A stretch of DNA of 64,000 bases. It comes from an uncultured Gammaproteobacteria bacterium (GTDB taxonomy: Bacteria; Patescibacteriota; Patescibacteriia; UBA9934). The notes under the pieces were generated by a model that worked only from the letters and a program-made list of their open reading frames with translations, made no database searches and was not told the DNA's origin. Within the stretch, counting starts at the first letter, position 1. Every line of letters starts with the position of its first letter. The position numbers were made by a program, and so were the translations under genes. Positions 58,014 through 64,000 of this stretch are shown here, piece by piece. The stretch lies in contig CAYVLY010000002.1 of assembly GCA_964452565.1 (NCBI GenBank), positions 22,661 to 86,660 of the forward strand. The letters are read 5' to 3'.

Positions 58014-58420
58014 ATGTAAAACTTATCCTTCAAATAACACTCTACGCACTGGGCACTTGCATTAAAGTGTGGTTGCGGAAGATTGCGTGGATCCGCCCAG
58101 ATCAATTCTTCACACTTTTCTGGCTCCATGTTCTTTAATTCTCCCTCAAATTCATCCACTAGCAACCCAACTGCAACATCATGCTTACCCTCTTCCTGAT
58201 ATGTCTGCAAATCATTTGTAAGTGCGATCACTCTTGGATTCTTAATCTTGAGATTTGTCTCCTCTTCAACCTCACGTACAGCACATTCTTCAAATGTCTC
58301 GCCAGGATCAAGGCTTCCGCCGGGGATAGAATAATAAGGAGCATGAGCATTCATCCGCTTCTTAAGCAAAATTCTACCCTCATTATTTACAATGATTATT
58401 CCAACCCCTATGCTTACCAT
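58007..58420 (-). CDS. NUDIX hydrolase
   Basis: Nudix box GGSLDPGETFEECAVREVEEETNL. Confidence 0.75.
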   Translation of the reverse strand: MVSIGVGIIIVNNEGRILLKKRMNAHAPYYSIPGGSLDPGETFEECAVREVEEETNLKIKNPRVIALTNDLQTYQEEGKHDVAVGLLVDEFEGELKNMEPEKCEELIWADPRNLPQPHFNASAQCVECYLKDKFYIC

Positions 58421-58422
58421 AC

Positions 58423-59361
58423 CTATATATTCTCACGATACCACGCGATTGTCTCCTTTATACCTTCATCGATACTAACTTGCGGCTCCCAACTTAATAA
58501 TTCACGTGCTTTGCTGACGTCTAAATAAATATGCTTAAGAGCATCTTGCTGTAGTTCATTGTATTCCGGAGTAACGCCCACACCAACAGCATCGCGAACC
58601 TTTTCAAAAACCTCCCGAGTCTCTGTTGGCGCACCTGTACCAAGGTTCAAAAATCCAACAAACTCAGACTCTGCGGCTTTCAGAAGTGCATCAACTACGT
58701 CACCAATGTACACATAATCACGTGTGGTTTTTCCATCATTATTAATAATCGCTTGTCCACCCTTTAAGAGTCGCGATGAGAATATCCCTACAACACCTGA
58801 CTCTGCGCTTGAATCCTGACGAGGCCCATAAATATTCCCAGGACGCACTGAAACGTATGGAATACCAAATGTCTTATAGTAAAACCGGAGGTAATTCTCA
58901 CCAACAAGCTTTGAAATCCCGTAAGGTGTTAGAGGTTTTGGCTCATGAAGTTCTGAAATAGGTAGATCGTCATGTTTGCCATAAACAGCACATGAAGATG
59001 TAAAGATGAACTTGCCCTTACTAGTCTGTCGATTTGCCTCGCAAACATTCAAAAGCCCAATAACATTATCCATGGCATTGCCAATTGGCATCTCGATCGA
59101 CTCGCGGTCATGTAAGTGTGCAGCCAAGTGAAAGACAACATCAGGTTGATACTTTTCAAAAACCTGCAAAACATCTGAATCTTGGACATTCATCTTAATG
59201 TACTTTGCCTTGCGATTCTTACGATTCTTCTGTGGCTTAACCTTATCGATTACAATTACTTTTTTCGAAATACTAACTAGCTGGTCAACTAAGTGTGAAC
59301 CAATAAACCCTGATCCACCTGTTACAATTATATTTTTGTATTGCTTTGTCATAGTATTCAC
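58423..59361 (-). CDS. NAD-dependent nucleotide-sugar epimerase/dehydratase (GalE-like)
   Basis: Rossmann GGSGFIGSH, catalytic YxxxK (YGISK), 312 aa. Confidence 0.8.
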   Translation of the reverse strand: MNTMTKQYKNIIVTGGSGFIGSHLVDQLVSISKKVIVIDKVKPQKNRKNRKAKYIKMNVQDSDVLQVFEKYQPDVVFHLAAHLHDRESIEMPIGNAMDNVIGLLNVCEANRQTSKGKFIFTSSCAVYGKHDDLPISELHEPKPLTPYGISKLVGENYLRFYYKTFGIPYVSVRPGNIYGPRQDSSAESGVVGIFSSRLLKGGQAIINNDGKTTRDYVYIGDVVDALLKAAESEFVGFLNLGTGAPTETREVFEKVRDAVGVGVTPEYNELQQDALKHIYLDVSKARELLSWEPQVSIDEGIKETIAWYRENI

Positions 59362-59368
59362 ATTAGTG

Positions 59369-59448
59369 ACCTCCCCCTACCCCCTCCTTCGTAAGGAGGG
59401 GGTCTTGATTTCGATCCTCCCCCTTGCGAAGGGGGAGATAGAGGGGGT
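59369..59448. repeat. composite GC-rich palindromic element E1 (outer arms + two hairpins) downstream of prfB
   Basis: cctcccccta / cccctccttcgtaaggaggggg / ctcccccttgcgaagggggag / tagaggggg; paralogue E2 at 60572-60650. Confidence 0.5.
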
Positions 59449-59450
59449 TA

Positions 59451-60563
59451 TTAATTTGATTGATCTGAAACTTGTTTTCTTAAATATTCTTCGATGAAGT
59501 CCTGTAAATCACCATCAAGCACTTTTTCAACGTCTTGAACCTGATGATCGGTGCGGTGGTCTTTTACCATTTTATATGGATGCAGTACATAACTTCGAAT
59601 CTGGTTACCCCACTCTGGTGACTTGTGACCGCCCTTTAGTTCATCAAGCTTTTCTGCACGCTCCTCTAACATGCATTGGAACAATCTCGACTTTAGTACG
59701 CGCATTGCAGTCGCCTTGTTCTGCAGTTGCGACCTTTCGTTCTGGCAAGTTACCACTGTGTTCGTCGGAACGTGAGTGATTCGAACTGCAGAATATGTAG
59801 TGTTTACTCCCTGCCCTCCATGACCTGATGCCATAAAAGTGTCTATCCGCAGATCTTTCTCATCTATCTCAATGCCACTCTCAGACAGCTCATCAAGCTC
59901 TGGAATAACTTCTACAAGCGCGAAAGCTGTGTGCCTCATCTTCTCTGCATCAAATGGTGAGATACGTACCAATCGGTGAACACCAGCTTCTGATTTAAGG
60001 TATCCATATGCATATCGTCCTTTGATCGACAATTCGACGCTCTTGTATCCAGCTTCCTCACCTGGTGATGACTCCAACACATCCACGCTCCAGCCCTGAG
60101 CTTCTGCAAATCGCGTGAACATTCTTAGCAACATCCCGGCCCAGTCCATTGCATCTGTTCCTCCTGCACCGGCATGAACTGTAAGAATCGCATTGTTAAC
60201 ATCTTGATTTTCTGAAAGAAGGGTTTGCAACTCAAGTTTATCAAATCGCTTTTGAAGATCATTAGTAGTTGACATGACTTCTTCCTGCACCTGCTCATTC
60301 TCTTCCTGCTCAGCGAGAGCCAACATCTCAATCGCATCCTCAACATCTTTAATCAAATTCTGCCAAATCTCGACTTGATCCTTACGCTCAGCCACCTCTT
60401 GTGATACTTCTTTTGCCCTATCTTGATCAGACCAAAAGTCAGCAGCGCCCATCTGAATCTCAAACTCATGCACGCGCTCTTGAGATGAGTCCAGATCCAA
60501 CATCACCCAAGCATCTTGGGCCTTTTTCTGTAATTCTTTCAGTTGTTTATCAAGTGCTGACAT
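59451..60563 (-). CDS. prfB: peptide chain release factor 2, single uninterrupted ORF
   Basis: SPF tripeptide, GGQ motif (SGHGGQGVNTTYSAVRITH), 370 aa with complete N-terminus and no frameshift site. Confidence 0.9.
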   Translation of the reverse strand: MSALDKQLKELQKKAQDAWVMLDLDSSQERVHEFEIQMGAADFWSDQDRAKEVSQEVAERKDQVEIWQNLIKDVEDAIEMLALAEQEENEQVQEEVMSTTNDLQKRFDKLELQTLLSENQDVNNAILTVHAGAGGTDAMDWAGMLLRMFTRFAEAQGWSVDVLESSPGEEAGYKSVELSIKGRYAYGYLKSEAGVHRLVRISPFDAEKMRHTAFALVEVIPELDELSESGIEIDEKDLRIDTFMASGHGGQGVNTTYSAVRITHVPTNTVVTCQNERSQLQNKATAMRVLKSRLFQCMLEERAEKLDELKGGHKSPEWGNQIRSYVLHPYKMVKDHRTDHQVQDVEKVLDGDLQDFIEEYLRKQVSDQSN

Positions 60564-60571
60564 GATTAGAA

Positions 60572-60650
60572 ACCTCCCCTATCCCCTCCTTCGTAAGGAG
60601 GGGTCGAACCTACTCGCCCCTCCCCCTTACGAAGGGGGAGTAGGAGGGGG
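60572..60650. repeat. composite GC-rich palindromic element E2 upstream of prfB
   Basis: cctcccctatcccctccttcgtaaggagggg...cccctcccccttacgaagggggagtaggaggggg; spurious 62-aa ORF 60566..60754 runs through it. Confidence 0.5.
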
Positions 60651-60705
60651 TTCTTATAATTCAAATACAGGGCTATCATGCCCTGTATTTTTGATAAAAT
60701 CAAGC

Positions 60706-61056
60706 TCAGATCTTTAACTTCTTTGCATAGTCTCCCAATACTGGCATCTCCCACATTTCACCCTCAAGAGCCTTCAAGATTCCGACAATTGATGCAACAA
60801 CCACTGCAAGGTACAAAACCATCATCACGAACCACCCTAGAATCGGAATAAAGATCAAAATGTTGGACACGACCATCAAAATTACTTCAACAATGAACAG
60901 CACCAAGCCTTGTTTTGCATGGAATTGCGCGTACTTAGAATCCTTTGCCATTAATAGCGGAATAAAGCAAAGAATGAATACATAACCAATGGCTGCAAGC
61001 GCCTTATTATCGTTGACATCCTTTTTATCAACGGCTGGTTTTTTTGTTTCTGACAT
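60706..61056 (-). CDS. small membrane protein (DUF4870/Tic20-like topology)
   Basis: ALAAIGYVFILCFIPLLMA..FHAKQGLVLFIVEVIL.. pattern, 116 aa. Confidence 0.45.
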   Translation of the reverse strand: MSETKKPAVDKKDVNDNKALAAIGYVFILCFIPLLMAKDSKYAQFHAKQGLVLFIVEVILMVVSNILIFIPILGWFVMMVLYLAVVVASIVGILKALEGEMWEMPVLGDYAKKLKI

Positions 61057-61130
61057 AAATAATAAGTTTAGTTTTTACAAACTTATTATAGCGCAGGTAG
61101 TAGCAAGTAGCTAGTAGGTAGTAGATGCAA

Positions 61131-61222
61131 AAGAACCGATCTTACGATCGGTTCTTTATTTGGGTTCTGTGCCACAACCCGCCTTCGCATAAAGCTTCGG
61201 CGGGTGATCCGGCTACGCCGGA

Positions 61223-61224
<2 letters not shown>
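61131..61224 (-). terminator. array of three hairpins downstream of groEL; distal one (61131-61157) followed by T-run is the likely groESL terminator
   Basis: tgatccggctacgccggatca; cccgccttcgcataaagcttcggcggg; aagaaccgatcttacgatcggttcttt. Confidence 0.4.
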
Positions 61225-63159
<1,935 letters not shown>

Positions 63160-63193
63160 AATATATGTTATTTACAGACCCAATCTTAGATAA

Positions 63194-63220
63194 TTAGCAG
63201 TCTTATGTCAAGAATGCCAA
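63194..63220. promoter_or_regulatory. degenerate CIRCE-like inverted repeat upstream of groES (TTAGCAGTC-N9-GAATGCCAA)
   Basis: 8/9 and 7/9 matches to TTAGCACTC-N9-GAGTGCTAA, 35-60 nt upstream of groES start. Confidence 0.3.
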
Positions 63221-63339
63221 CAAAACAAAAAACCACGCTGTCCTCGAGGGAACAACGCGGAGGGGGACGGGTCCAGCCATTATCAAAATCATTCGTCTAT
63301 TAAATCGAATGATTTATAAAATGCCTGGATACCGATGAT

Positions 63340-63942
63340 CTAGTCTACTGGGATCCACCCACCTGGACAGCCCTTAAGGCGCCAGCGATCATAGTGGTTG
63401 GAACAGTACCCACTTGCGTAGTGGGGTTGCTCACAGACGGTGCCGCAGCACTCGTTCTGGCCACGCTTGCCATGCTTGGGCTTCCTGCTGTGTTCCACAA
63501 AGCCGGGCTCTCCTCTTCGTGGCGGACGCACCCACCCTTCTGGTCGACCAGCACGAGTCCATCCTTGGTAGCAGTTGCGGCAGTAGCCCTTGCAGTACAC
63601 CCTACCATCACAGCCCTTGCTCTTGCAGGGCTTGGGCTTGGGAAGGTTCTTCCACCCCTCAGGGTGAGCATTGGAATGCTGGAACCAAGGCACAGGCCTG
63701 CCAACTCTCCTCCATGCACGTACGTGGTCTTTGCAGTAGCCGCTCGCTTCGTGTGGGTACTCACACCCTGGGATACTGCATGTGTTGGGCCTTACCTTTG
63801 GCCGATCTGGCTTCCAGTCACCGGGCATGCCAAGCCGGTACCATGCCTGGTAGTGTGCTCCGCAGTACCCAGCACACATGTGACCATCATTTTTGGTCTT
63901 TTTGCACCAAGATACCTTACAGGTCTCCTTTCTTTGTGGCAT
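63340..63942 (-). CDS. tandem Cys4 zinc-ribbon-repeat protein in high-GC island (four ~35-aa repeats C-x3-GC-x(6-9)-GYC-x2-HY-x2-W-x-R-x-G-x-P-x2-W)
   Basis: Repeats CKVSWCKK..GYCGAHYQAWYRLGMP, CSIPGCEY..GYCKDHVRAWRRVGRP, CKSKGCDG..GYCRNCYQGWTRAGRP, CCGTVCEQ..GYCSNHYDRWRLKGCP; GC ~60 %; overlapping ORFs in other frames are artefacts. Confidence 0.5.
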   Translation of the reverse strand: MPQRKETCKVSWCKKTKNDGHMCAGYCGAHYQAWYRLGMPGDWKPDRPKVRPNTCSIPGCEYPHEASGYCKDHVRAWRRVGRPVPWFQHSNAHPEGWKNLPKPKPCKSKGCDGRVYCKGYCRNCYQGWTRAGRPEGWVRPPRRGEPGFVEHSRKPKHGKRGQNECCGTVCEQPHYASGYCSNHYDRWRLKGCPGGWIPVD

Positions 63943-64000
63943 GACTCCTCCTGAGTCATAAGGTCGAACTCGGAATTGAGATTCGACGACTAATTAGACC

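Noticed and set aside
60566-60754. 62-aa ORF upstream of prfB
   Set aside because: Its C-terminal half is translated straight through the E2 palindromic repeat (GEGRVGSTPPYEGGDRGG). It is a repeat, not a gene.
63345-63954. Three additional 139-186-aa ORFs overlapping the tandem zinc-ribbon gene
   Set aside because: Same GC-rich artefact. Only the minus 63340..63942 frame shows the four-fold internal repeat structure.

Overview
The window is a low-GC (roughly 40-45 % by eye), gene-dense bacterial segment. It uses the standard genetic code: TGA, TAA and TAG all terminate well-conserved proteins, for example groEL ends ...GGMGGMM-TGA.

Most of the content is housekeeping. It includes gatB, miaA, thrS, dnaE, pheST, rseP, murI, a lemA-htpX pair, clpC, radA, recG, prs, rsmA/ksgA, tsaC, prfB and groESL. 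There are three tRNA genes: Ser-GCU, Ser-UGA and Arg-GCG.

Three features suggest a reduced-genome host-associated bacterium of the CPR/Patescibacteria (Saccharibacteria-like) type: the small-genome housekeeping backbone, a Gram-positive-style type IV secretion-like operon, and a 3042-aa cysteine-rich secreted giant protein. This is an inference from gene content only.

Four regions look accessory.

1. A minus-strand T4SS-like operon spans 33.5-41.7 kb. It carries a VirB6-like protein, a VirB3/PrgI-like protein, a VirB4 ATPase split by an in-frame TAA into N- and C-domain ORFs, a VirB8-like candidate and comFC. A secreted M23 peptidase lies next to it, separated by a REP-associated tyrosine transposase.

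2. A plus-strand five-gene block at 21.4-26.8 kb is fused to radA. It encodes a membrane protein, a membrane-anchored TolB-like beta-propeller, a DsbA-fold protein that has lost its CXXC motif, and a secreted protein with a VirB2/TrbC-like two-helix hairpin fused to a papain-like (C39/CHAP-type) Cys/His domain.

3. Several short high-GC islands (about 55-63 % GC) sit on the ~42 % backbone. One carries an actinobacterial-style tandem Cys4 repeat protein. An IS200/IS605-like element with hairpin ends and a REP-flanked RAYT are also present.

4. Two tRNA-Ser loci are decorated with a family of tRNA-3'-end-containing repeats and duplicated terminator modules.

Smaller observations: a candidate T-box leader with a consensus sigma70 promoter upstream of thrS; a composite GC-rich palindromic element flanking prfB on both sides; a ~25-bp dispersed repeat inserted in-frame in miaA; and a degenerate CIRCE upstream of groES.

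No CRISPR array or rRNA gene is present. All functional calls come from reading motifs in the supplied translations. No database searches were run.
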